A DNA stretch of 26,110 nucleotides, taken from positions 1-26,110 of the IMG/VR virus record IMGVR_UViG_3300022867_000065. One strand, written 5' to 3'. This document shows positions 16,724-24,846 of the stretch, piece by piece. A program made the translations under genes and the position numbers. The number at the start of each line of letters is the position of its first letter. The stretch's first letter is position 1. Origin of the DNA: a virus. Taxonomy: Duplodnaviria > Caudoviricetes. The notes under the pieces were generated by a model. It was given only the letters and a program-made list of their open reading frames with translations, did no database searches and had not been told where the DNA came from.

Positions 16724-17758
16724 TTATCCGGCCATCCCGCCGCCAATTCCTGCTATTCCGCCCATTCCAGCAAGGCCGCCTTTCCCGGCAATACCGCCCA
16801 TTATTCTACCGCTCGCGGCTGCTAAAAACGCATAACACCCGATATCGTTGGTCGTAAACGCATTGCCTTGCAGGTCTAGCGCTGGCCTGCCTGTTGCCGT
16901 GCCCGTGTTGTAAAGTGTTGAGCTTGTATCAGCGATACGGAAGTCGCCGCCCACAGCGTCAGCGAAATCAGCGGAATCAATATCGGTCGTGATGGGACTT
17001 GTGCCGGGCTCGGTCGAATCACTAGAGGCGTTATGCGACCCCGTCCAGTCTGTGCCCGTCCAGTCTGTGCCGCCATTATAAGCTGCGCAATTGGTCGCCA
17101 CCGCATTGCTGCCGGACGTCCCTATCTTGTCAAAGTTTCGGAGGCAGTTGGCGACCGTGGTATTTGTGACCGTGCCGTTAACGAAGTTGTTAATCACCAG
17201 TCCACCACCACCCCAGCCATCAATCAGGCAGGATTCAACGATAGGGGTGAAACCGGAAAACACGCTCGAAAGTGAGTTAGCCCCGATCCCCTCTCCGCTA
17301 ATGATACAGCGTTTTAGCTTAGCGCTAGCCGCAAGCGCCACACCACGAGCATAGTTAGCTATACGTGTGCTGTGAATTTGTAAGTCTGTGACTTCAACAA
17401 AGGAGGCAAGCGATTGCAACACCGGCAAGTTAAAGCCTGCGTCCAGCGCGATCCTGTACCCCGCCCCGCCCTTAATCGTATTGTACGTGTCGCCCCTGAG
17501 CCACAAATAGCGGGTCGCGTCCCCGACCCAGTCCGCAGAAGCAGCATTGACCGCTGTAGTGTCCGTGCCGTTGCCAGCAACGCCCGTAATAATCACCCGC
17601 TCGTCGTTGGTGGTCATTGCGCCGTGGGCGGCTTTTACGCCATCGATAGCGGCCTGCATGGACACAAAGGCCCGCGTAGAACCGGTGGTGCCAGGCGTAG
17701 TGCCGTCGCCGCCCGCAGTCGATGCGGGATTGGCAAAAAACTCTACATCTGTCGGCAT
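16724..17758 (-). CDS. Putative right-handed beta-helix (pectin-lyase-like fold) protein with Gly-rich C-terminal tail
   Basis: VEVTDLQI, LKRCII, VESCLI, VTNTTVANC and ATNCAAYN rungs; F.D...GDFRI...S..YNTG...DLQGN...DIGCY cap motif. Confidence 0.65.
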   Translation of the reverse strand: MPTDVEFFANPASTAGGDGTTPGTTGSTRAFVSMQAAIDGVKAAHGAMTTNDERVIITGVAGNGTDTTAVNAASADWVGDATRYLWLRGDTYNTIKGGAGYRIALDAGFNLPVLQSLASFVEVTDLQIHSTRIANYARGVALAASAKLKRCIISGEGIGANSLSSVFSGFTPIVESCLIDGWGGGGLVINNFVNGTVTNTTVANCLRNFDKIGTSGSNAVATNCAAYNGGTDWTGTDWTGSHNASSDSTEPGTSPITTDIDSADFADAVGGDFRIADTSSTLYNTGTATGRPALDLQGNAFTTNDIGCYAFLAAASGRIMGGIAGKGGLAGMGGIAGIGGGMAG

Positions 17759-19363
17759 TTACTTAGTGACTACGAGATTAATGTACGGATCACCTGAGAC
17801 AAGCGCGATGTTCATCGTCAATAGGCCTTTAGCGTCCGTGGTATCGGTGCCAGATTGCGAGCCGAACACCCAGCTATAGGCCGTATTCGGCGCAAGGTTG
17901 GAAAACGCCTGCTTGTCGATTAGCTGTGAGAACGTCCACCGCGGCGTTACGTCAACCGAGATGGAACCAATCATGCCTGGCGTGTGATCGTTAGTGCCTG
18001 CCACCTTAGCCACGTACTTAACCGGGAAGGTGATCGTGCTGGCTGTCTCTACAATATTGCCGTGATCCCACCACAGGCCTTGGTTAATATGACCAGAGCG
18101 CGGCATAGTGGAAACGGTCTTGCCGTACCAGTCCTGCGGGTAATCGCCTGTTGAATTAGTGAACGCCAGGAAAGGCCTATCGAGCGAGACTTTGTTTGTC
18201 GTGGGCTCTCTCAGCATGGACCCAACTACCGGGACGCCGTGCGCGGGCGTTAGCTCTGCCCACGTAAAGCTCCCACTGATTTTATTATCTCGCACAACGT
18301 CAAGAAACTTGGGGTTGAGCATCCCAAGAACATCATTCCAGCCCCACTGGTGGACGTACACAATATTCTGGACGATGTTGTCGAGGGGGGCTTGTATCTG
18401 AAAATCCATCTTGTCCCAGTTGGCAGAGTTGGCCCCTGTGTCCGGCCCCATCGCCGGGTATAGCACGGGCAAGGTCCTGGGCAGTGTGTGCCCGGTAATG
18501 CCATCGGACATAATAAGCCGCTCGCGCCATCGCTGGCACATGATCATAGGCATTTGCAGTGACGCCCTACCCCCCATCGACTGGCCTTGCGCGGTTAAAC
18601 CCCGACCCCAGTCAAATATAAGAGAGTGGCGGTTTTCGACAAGATCGAGTAACTGACACATCCGCTCGGCGGCATAACTGCCGACCCCCTGCGCTGTACC
18701 GTAGCCACTCAAGCCCCAGGACTCTATGTGGCCGTAGCTCTCCATATCCTGAGCTTTAACCATAAGCCGGGATTCTTTATCGAAGTGGTCATAGCTCGGA
18801 CTGCCCCAGTGAATTCTAGGGCCACCGCCGGACGCGTGAAAGCTGGCGACTACCTTGGACGGCTTCTCTACGCTAGCGCCTTCTGGCCTGATCAAGATGT
18901 TGTCTTTGTACGTTAGCCGCCAAGTGTAAAACCCCTTAGTGTCTATGCCGTAAGGATCGTATGCCGTATCACTGGGCAGGTCGCAGCGATAGCCCGAAAC
19001 GTAGGTATTCGGGTAAAGGTTTATTTCAGGGCAAGTGACCAGGCTTGTGCTTGGCTCGTTAGGGTCGCCGGGCAAGGCACAACCAACAGCGTCAACCGGT
19101 ACGCCTGCGGGAGTCGCTGAACACTGATCTATATCGTCGGGTACGTTGTCGCCGTCTATATCGCTGGGCGGGTTGTTACACGTATTGCTGGGATCATTCG
19201 GGCACTCGTCCAGATCGTCGGGGACGCCATCACCATCAGTATCGACGGGGGCGGACGCGCACAGCATATCCTGAGAATGATACTCGCAGAATTTGTCTAC
19301 AGTTAATTGGGCAGACGCGGTAGCGGAAAGCAACAAAGCGTAAAATGCAATCAAATATTTCAA
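17759..19363 (-). CDS. Putative secreted alpha/beta-hydrolase with signal peptide and two TSP3-like Ca-binding repeats
   Basis: Start reassigned to the TTG at 19363 (AGGAG upstream), giving MKYLIAFYALLLSATASA|Q. DxDxDxxPDxxDxC occurs twice, plus a GQSMGG nucleophile elbow and candidate Asp (GWND) and His (PAHG). Confidence 0.7.
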   Translation of the reverse strand: MKYLIAFYALLLSATASAQLTVDKFCEYHSQDMLCASAPVDTDGDGVPDDLDECPNDPSNTCNNPPSDIDGDNVPDDIDQCSATPAGVPVDAVGCALPGDPNEPSTSLVTCPEINLYPNTYVSGYRCDLPSDTAYDPYGIDTKGFYTWRLTYKDNILIRPEGASVEKPSKVVASFHASGGGPRIHWGSPSYDHFDKESRLMVKAQDMESYGHIESWGLSGYGTAQGVGSYAAERMCQLLDLVENRHSLIFDWGRGLTAQGQSMGGRASLQMPMIMCQRWRERLIMSDGITGHTLPRTLPVLYPAMGPDTGANSANWDKMDFQIQAPLDNIVQNIVYVHQWGWNDVLGMLNPKFLDVVRDNKISGSFTWAELTPAHGVPVVGSMLREPTTNKVSLDRPFLAFTNSTGDYPQDWYGKTVSTMPRSGHINQGLWWDHGNIVETASTITFPVKYVAKVAGTNDHTPGMIGSISVDVTPRWTFSQLIDKQAFSNLAPNTAYSWVFGSQSGTDTTDAKGLLTMNIALVSGDPYINLVVTK

Positions 19364-19364
19364 C

Positions 19365-19862
19365 CTAACTCCTAATTGGTGTGGCAATAACACTCTTCAA
19401 ATACCCGCGCTGGTCACGCTCGATATCAAACTTCACCGGCTTTTGTTCCGGTGCATTGTTTAAGCTGTCTTTTAGTGCGGCAATTAGTGACTTAATTAGT
19501 GCTGGATTTGCCTGTGCAATAACAGAGAGTTGATCGACAACGGCATTCAGATTGCTGTCGCCAACCTCTTTCAGTTGCTTGGTGCTAAGACTCAAGGCAT
19601 TGGTGTGCGCCTTCGCTTGCTTCTCGAAGCGCTTGTCTTGGTCCCGTGATGCCTTGCCCATCTCTTTGGCGATGGTCTCGATACCTAGTAGTATTTGGTC
19701 AACCTGGGCTCGTGTGCTTTCGTCCTGTTGCCGGGCTTGTTTGGTCAGTCCTTTGGACAGAAGCTCAATCGTCTTTCCTGCTTGGGATTCTTTGGCCTGC
19801 TCGCGGTCTTCCAACTCACGCCGGATAAGCTCTGCTGCTACTTGTTGTCGCTCAGTTGCCAC
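19365..19862 (-). CDS. Hypothetical coiled-coil protein downstream of portal
   Basis: Overlaps the portal stop; helical; C-terminal FDIERDQRGYLKSV hairpin-like motif. Confidence 0.7.
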   Translation of the reverse strand: MATERQQVAAELIRRELEDREQAKESQAGKTIELLSKGLTKQARQQDESTRAQVDQILLGIETIAKEMGKASRDQDKRFEKQAKAHTNALSLSTKQLKEVGDSNLNAVVDQLSVIAQANPALIKSLIAALKDSLNNAPEQKPVKFDIERDQRGYLKSVIATPIRS

Positions 19863-21987
19863 TCAAGCCACCTTGCATAACTTCCATGAGCCGCTTCGTT
19901 GGAGCATTACGAATATCCTCAACCTTGGCGAAGTTATCCAGCTCTGATCCTTCTGCGTCAGCGGTCTTCTTGCGTATGCCGCTCTCAACTTCGATTCGCT
20001 TGGTCTCGGCGCTAATGCGTGATGTCTCAGCGTTAAAGGTGTCGATCTTGAGTTTTTCCATTCTCTCCTGTTGGGAGAACTGTGATTCCTGCTGCTTGGT
20101 CTGAGCGTCCAACATATCGGCCTGCCCTTTCATGGCCTCGGCTTGTGCCGCTATCTCCATAGGGTCTTGCTGTGGAGGTTGATTTTGTGCGGCTTGCTGC
20201 TGCTCCTGGACTTTCTGCTTCTCTTCGTCCGTCCATTGATCCTCGGGTATCAATCCCTGTTGAAATAGCTGGTTGCGCTTACGCCCGCCAATAGAGCGCA
20301 TGCCGGGCGCGGGGATATTGTTTAGCAAGATATCGCCGCCCAACTGGATCACACTGGGGTCAACCTTGCCGACTTCAGTTAAGGCGCGAACGGTTTCATT
20401 CTGGCGATTCTTAAAGCTTGGCCCACTACTGCAGGCAACATCGTACTTTCCTACCGATAGATCGTTGAGCGTGACTTCTTCGCCGGTCTGCTGGTCAATA
20501 ATGACCTCACCAATAGTCGCCATATCAAACGAACCATCTTCGTCCAGTATGCGAACCTGACGCCCAGGCCCGTAAACCTTGGGGATAGCCTTAACCAGAA
20601 TGCGCGCCGTGTGACGCTGTGCAATCTCTCGGGCTGTGCTGTACTTGTTGTTACCTGTGTCGCCTTTGTCTTGGAGCTTATCGATAGCCACACCTGACTG
20701 TGCAAACGGGTTATCACCCATCGAAGCAGAGAACATGCCCGCGCTTTGATTGATGACCGCCTTCATGCCCTCGGAGATTGTCCTCAGCCCTGGGTTGATA
20801 GTGGCCCCACCGTTCTGCTGTGGCGGCCCTGGTAGTTCTTGATCCGGGTTAAATATCTGCACCGGGTCTGAATTGGTGTTGAGTGTGGCGAGTGTATCGG
20901 TGTGCCCTTTAACCTGGGCGCTGGTCATCCAGTACTTAGCTCTGGGAGCCAGTGCGCCCTCTTCAATCTCACGTGACTGCGAATAGTTATACACACGCTG
21001 TGCATCAATGATCTTTTCAACAGCGCCGTAATAGACTACTTTCTCTTCAACGATATCGAAATTAGCAAAGGCTGGAACAATGGGTAGCCATTCCTCGAAC
21101 ACGGTCTTTCTGGCATCGGTCAACCAGTCTTGAGTGCTGAACTCACGCGAATACACGCACCGTTTCATGCGCTTACGCCGCTTGCGCTCTGTGATTCCCA
21201 GCGCTAGCAACTCATCGACAATCTTATCAAATTCAGCATCGGCCTCGTATATTTCGTTATTGGTCATCAGAACCAATTCAATAGGCTCTTCTTTGACGTA
21301 TAGGAACTCCCCTACCATCTCTAAGTCTTGCCGGTGGTAGTAAGCCGTTCCGGTGCGATCAGAGCCTACAGAGCCTTCTGTGGCCTCTGGGTACTTGGTT
21401 TTAAAGTCTTCAGGCAATAAGCCGGATAATACCCAGCCATAATCAGCGTCTGAGGCGTCTGGCTCTTCAAACGGGCCAAACCACACGCGATCCTCAAAGT
21501 TACCCACGCGCTTAATAATCAAGTCTTGATCGAATGAATCGCCGTCAACGTATTCCTGGACAACTCGCCAGCCTGCCAAGCCACCGACAACCATGCTACG
21601 CCCGGCGCTGTTGAATACCTGGACCGCGTTGCTCATCTTCTCAATGTTGCGAACTAAACCGTCATAGGTTTCCGCGATATCTTTCGTTGCATCATTGCCA
21701 GCCGGTGAAATCTTGATATCAAAGTCTGAGCGCTCCATATAACCCGCGATCTGGTCGATAATGGGATTGGTCATGTCAAACGAAAAACGGGGCCTGCCGT
21801 CATTGGCATTCCACCAATAAGACTCCCACTGCCCATCGCGTTTAGTGGTAAACAACTTAGCCTCGCGCACTTGCTCGCGGTTGTCGTGGTCTGCGTCCTG
21901 GGCTTTCTTTAAATGCTCAAGTACCCACGCATGATTTTCGTGGTTGGGGAGATCATCACTGTCTGTTTTGTCTTTCATTTGTTCCAT
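19852..21987 (-). CDS. Portal protein, P22 gp1-like
   Basis: About 710 aa after terL; GQWE, GRP, DAQRVYNY..S, QSGVAI and GKYDV...GPSF..R motifs; long Gln-rich C-terminal coil. Alternative start at 21978 (ATGA overlap). Confidence 0.92.
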   Translation of the reverse strand: MEQMKDKTDSDDLPNHENHAWVLEHLKKAQDADHDNREQVREAKLFTTKRDGQWESYWWNANDGRPRFSFDMTNPIIDQIAGYMERSDFDIKISPAGNDATKDIAETYDGLVRNIEKMSNAVQVFNSAGRSMVVGGLAGWRVVQEYVDGDSFDQDLIIKRVGNFEDRVWFGPFEEPDASDADYGWVLSGLLPEDFKTKYPEATEGSVGSDRTGTAYYHRQDLEMVGEFLYVKEEPIELVLMTNNEIYEADAEFDKIVDELLALGITERKRRKRMKRCVYSREFSTQDWLTDARKTVFEEWLPIVPAFANFDIVEEKVVYYGAVEKIIDAQRVYNYSQSREIEEGALAPRAKYWMTSAQVKGHTDTLATLNTNSDPVQIFNPDQELPGPPQQNGGATINPGLRTISEGMKAVINQSAGMFSASMGDNPFAQSGVAIDKLQDKGDTGNNKYSTAREIAQRHTARILVKAIPKVYGPGRQVRILDEDGSFDMATIGEVIIDQQTGEEVTLNDLSVGKYDVACSSGPSFKNRQNETVRALTEVGKVDPSVIQLGGDILLNNIPAPGMRSIGGRKRNQLFQQGLIPEDQWTDEEKQKVQEQQQAAQNQPPQQDPMEIAAQAEAMKGQADMLDAQTKQQESQFSQQERMEKLKIDTFNAETSRISAETKRIEVESGIRKKTADAEGSELDNFAKVEDIRNAPTKRLMEVMQGGLSGN

Positions 21988-23444
21988 CCAGCGAAATTGA
22001 TTGTCTCTACTTCGTCGTTAACTTCAATCGGGCGCATCAACATCATTACAGCGTCACCCATGTTTGGGGAGTCAATGCCAAGCTTTTCCATCTCAGGCTT
22101 GGACATGAGCTGAATGCGGCCTGAACCGTTGTATTTACGGGGGATTCTGCATAACTCCGAGCGCAATGCCTGAAGCTGCTCAATGCTTGAAGAGAAGCTA
22201 ATTAGGTCGTCGGGGTTGATCGCTTTCTTTTCCTTCTCTACCGCCAGGTACGTGCGTAACATGCGGTCCCTGAGCATCCAGTAGTATTGAGCACGCTTAT
22301 TGAGGAATGCGTCCTTGTTCGTCTTGGGCTTCTTAACTTCACTGTTGATCGGGTCGTATATTTGCTTGGGATTGTCGGCACCTTCAGAGCCCCGGAATGA
22401 CTCAACCACTACCTTTTTGCCCTTGAAGGCGTCCGTGATCTGACGTTTGAGCCCTAAGCCAACACCGTCAGCGTCCCATGTAAAAGTATCAGGCTTCTTG
22501 TCGATAGCGAATGACGTGGCCCAATCGGTGGCCGTGTCTATTCTTCCTGCATCGGTAGACTGAACATCTTTGATTACAACGCCGTGGGAGTACGCTACTG
22601 CCTTGTGATCTCCACAGTCGGCAGGATCATAGGCCACGCGTTCTTGTCCAACGGCATCGAACCCCAGCTTAATGTGAGCATCAATACAGGCATCGAACCA
22701 TTCGGGCTCAATGATGGCGTTGTCCACGGTATCGGAGTATTTGCCTTCCCAAATATGGTCATATTCTGCCCTGGGTAGGTTAGCGAGATCGTCTAATCTC
22801 TCCTGCTCTAGCTCCGGAGGGAACCAAGGGTTGTCCATCCAATTCACCTCGACCACCATCATCAGGTCATCTTCATAGAATCCGGTCTTGGCCAGTGATG
22901 CCTCCGCGCGCTTGAGATACTTCTTGCTGATCGCGTCCTTGGAACTCCCACGGTTCATAGTTATCCAGATTTCGGGAGGCTTCTCCCCGTCAATATCAAT
23001 GACGTTATCGGCTGCTGATTTACGAATAGAGGGAGTTAATACCCTGAGCGACTTTTCACTGACTGATTCCCCCTCTTCAATCCAGAGCTTATTAACCCCG
23101 TGGATAGACTTCAGGCTGGTGATGTTGCGCGCCAATCCTTTGTAGAAAATCTCTCCGCCGCTGTGGGCTTTGATCTCATTCGCCATCACTGTGAAGTTGG
23201 CTGATGCCCCCAGCCGCTCGATCTCTTGGCGTAGGCTTTCGTGTACTGAGTCATCAATGCTGTTCTGGAATTCTCTGGTGCAACAGATACGATCGCCGCA
23301 ATCCGCAAACATCAACATGAAATCGCCCACGGCTGTGGACTTCTGACTGCCTCGGCCACCGACTGCGATCTTGACCCGCTTGGGCTTAGACAGTAGCCAT
23401 GTCAGCTTCTCAGTCGCTTGTAGGTCTACGGCTGCGCTACTCAC
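21975..23444 (-). CDS. terL: Terminase large subunit
   Basis: Walker A GGRGSQKS, CTREFQNSI..SV, Walker B WIEEGE, and nuclease acidic motifs YDPAD, WDADGVG and SPNMGDA. Confidence 0.95.
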   Translation of the reverse strand: MSSAAVDLQATEKLTWLLSKPKRVKIAVGGRGSQKSTAVGDFMLMFADCGDRICCTREFQNSIDDSVHESLRQEIERLGASANFTVMANEIKAHSGGEIFYKGLARNITSLKSIHGVNKLWIEEGESVSEKSLRVLTPSIRKSAADNVIDIDGEKPPEIWITMNRGSSKDAISKKYLKRAEASLAKTGFYEDDLMMVVEVNWMDNPWFPPELEQERLDDLANLPRAEYDHIWEGKYSDTVDNAIIEPEWFDACIDAHIKLGFDAVGQERVAYDPADCGDHKAVAYSHGVVIKDVQSTDAGRIDTATDWATSFAIDKKPDTFTWDADGVGLGLKRQITDAFKGKKVVVESFRGSEGADNPKQIYDPINSEVKKPKTNKDAFLNKRAQYYWMLRDRMLRTYLAVEKEKKAINPDDLISFSSSIEQLQALRSELCRIPRKYNGSGRIQLMSKPEMEKLGIDSPNMGDAVMMLMRPIEVNDEVETINFAGWNK

Positions 23445-23781
23445 TGGTAACTCCGGTGACGGACCAACTGTGCTTGACGGTTACATCGCCTGTGACCGCT
23501 AGCTTGCTGCCTTCCTTGCGATCAATGATCTTATGCGCTGTGTTGATATCCTTGTCATCAAGTGCGCTTAGGATAACGCTGCGGGCCTTGAATACAGGGT
23601 TAGACTTCAACCGCTCTTTCCGGTCTATAAACTCTGGATTGTTGTCCTGGTAGGTGTAGAGGGTTTGCTTGGAGATGTCTGCGGCGAAACATGCCTCAAC
23701 GTCAGTACACCCGAGCATGAAAGCATCCTCAAGTTTCTTGACTGTTAGTTCCGTCATTTTCGTAGGTCTGCCGCCAGCCAT
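23437..23781 (-). CDS. terS: Terminase small subunit
   Basis: GGRPTKMT N-terminus and HTH (GCTDVEACFAADISKQTLYTY...PEF); overlaps the terL start. Confidence 0.85.
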   Translation of the reverse strand: MAGGRPTKMTELTVKKLEDAFMLGCTDVEACFAADISKQTLYTYQDNNPEFIDRKERLKSNPVFKARSVILSALDDKDINTAHKIIDRKEGSKLAVTGDVTVKHSWSVTGVTSE

Positions 23782-23796
23782 CTAGTGGCCTTGGAC

Positions 23797-23820
23797 AAAA
23801 AAACGCGCCCCGGAGGACGC
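23797..23820 (-). terminator. Terminator-like hairpin within the terS leader
   Basis: Minus strand GCGTCC-TCCG-GGGCGC-G-TTTTTTT, ending 15 nt before the terS ATG. Confidence 0.7.
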
Positions 23821-23877
23821 AAGAGGATGTAAACACATTTGGAACATTTAGCGTGTCTCACGACAAGGCCGGACTTC

Positions 23878-23908
23878 AGTCTATGCACAAATTAAAGGGT
23901 TGTGTCTA
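23878..23908 (-). promoter_or_regulatory. Putative late promoter for terS: TAGACA-N19-TAGACT with dyad CACAA-N9-TTGTG
   Basis: Shares TGTGCATAGACT (12 nt), GACACA, spacing and downstream N6-CGG with 13901-13931. Confidence 0.75.
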
Positions 23909-24115
23909 GGGTTTATCCTAAAGTCTGTAATGGAGAAACTTTCTCCACTTTTCTCCGCCCCGCCGTTACTGTGTTTGCCCTGTTTCCTCAGCTTGCCCAG
24001 TTGGTACATAAACTATCAGTCGATAGGGTTATGGGTATTTAAATATATTTTATGAAAGTTGTGGTGTATAATTCATGGCATCTGCCTCGATTGCTTTCGG
24101 TCGGATATTTCAAAG

Positions 24116-24144
24116 AAGCCTGCTCATGCACGAGTGGGCTTTTT
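24116..24144 (+). terminator. Intrinsic terminator-like hairpin, plus-strand oriented
   Basis: AGCCTGCTC-ATGCAC-GAGTGGGCT-TTTT; two G-U pairs form only in plus-strand RNA. Confidence 0.6.
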
Positions 24145-24155
24145 GGGTTTTGGGG

Positions 24156-24428
24156 TCAACCGTTTAAGTCTCTATTCCTCAGTGTATTAATCTGGTCTTT
24201 GCGTGTGCGCTTTATCGGGTCTTTGAACGATCGGTTCTGCGTGTAGTCTACCACTTCAATCTTGCCGCCATCCTTCAGGAATTTAGCCTTTGCTATGTCG
24301 ATCTGTATTTGCTCTGCCTCCTTGGGGTTTGTCTCAGCGTCATAGTGATGACATGACGGGCAATTCCAACCCCTATCACCGGCTTCGTCAAAAGGCTTTA
24401 GTGCTTTACTGCATCTCGGGCATATCAT
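24156..24428 (-). CDS. Zn-ribbon protein with a SutA-like FLxxGGKI segment
   Basis: Start reassigned to the ATG at 24428 (AGGAAGGA RBS); CPRC...CPSC; AKFLKDGGKIEVV. Confidence 0.65.
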   Translation of the reverse strand: MICPRCSKALKPFDEAGDRGWNCPSCHHYDAETNPKEAEQIQIDIAKAKFLKDGGKIEVVDYTQNRSFKDPIKRTRKDQINTLRNRDLNG

Positions 24429-24591
24429 TGCGATCCTTCCTGGGACTGCGCCCGTAGATAAGATGGAATATGTCTCTAAGCTCTTCAAAGTCGTTGAATC
24501 CCCACGCTATATCCTCTTCATGATCAGCTAGATATTCCGATAGCTGCTTAAGCTCTTTGATTGGCAGTTGCAGTGCCTCGGCATCAATCAC
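24406..24591 (-). CDS. Hypothetical protein (61 aa)
   Basis: GTG start with TAAGGA RBS; fills the gap in the operon. Confidence 0.55.
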   Translation of the reverse strand: MIDAEALQLPIKELKQLSEYLADHEEDIAWGFNDFEELRDIFHLIYGRSPRKDRNDMPEMQ

Positions 24592-24639
24592 CAGTCGTAA
24601 TCCTTAACATCTTCAGACTCATCCATAGGCTCATCGTCG

Positions 24640-24846
24640 TCACTCAATTACCTGGCTCTCGATTAGCAGCTCTATGTAATGCTTCGCCTTGCGTAAATCC
24701 TCAACACCGCCCTTTTCCTTCCAGCGAGTCATGTACTTGATGACATTTCCCTCGCAGAATCCGATATCGTTAGCCAGGATGTATTCAATAGGCTGGATAG
24801 CGAGTTGATAGTGTTCGCCTCCCACTTGGGTATCTTTTGCACTCAT
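24640..24846 (-). CDS. DUF3310-family protein (T7 gp1.7-like nucleotide kinase domain)
   Basis: QVGGEHY..IQPIEYI...FCEGNVIKY..RWKEKGGVEDLRKAKHY signature. Confidence 0.88.
   Translation of the reverse strand: MSAKDTQVGGEHYQLAIQPIEYILANDIGFCEGNVIKYMTRWKEKGGVEDLRKAKHYIELLIESQVIE

Noticed and set aside
3138-23653. Many plus-strand ORFs of 60-140 aa in the ORF track
   Set aside because: They are antisense shadows of the tightly packed minus-strand genes, with no recognisable motifs.
23914-24009. 31-codon minus-strand ORF (MYQLGKLRKQGKHSNGGRRKVEKVSPLQTLG)
   Set aside because: No convincing RBS, and it lies in the regulatory gap upstream of the terS promoter.
24588-24647. 19-codon acidic minus-strand ORF (TTG start, LSDDDEPMDESEDVKDYDW) overlapping both neighbours
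   Set aside because: It could be a coupling peptide but is too short to support from sequence alone.
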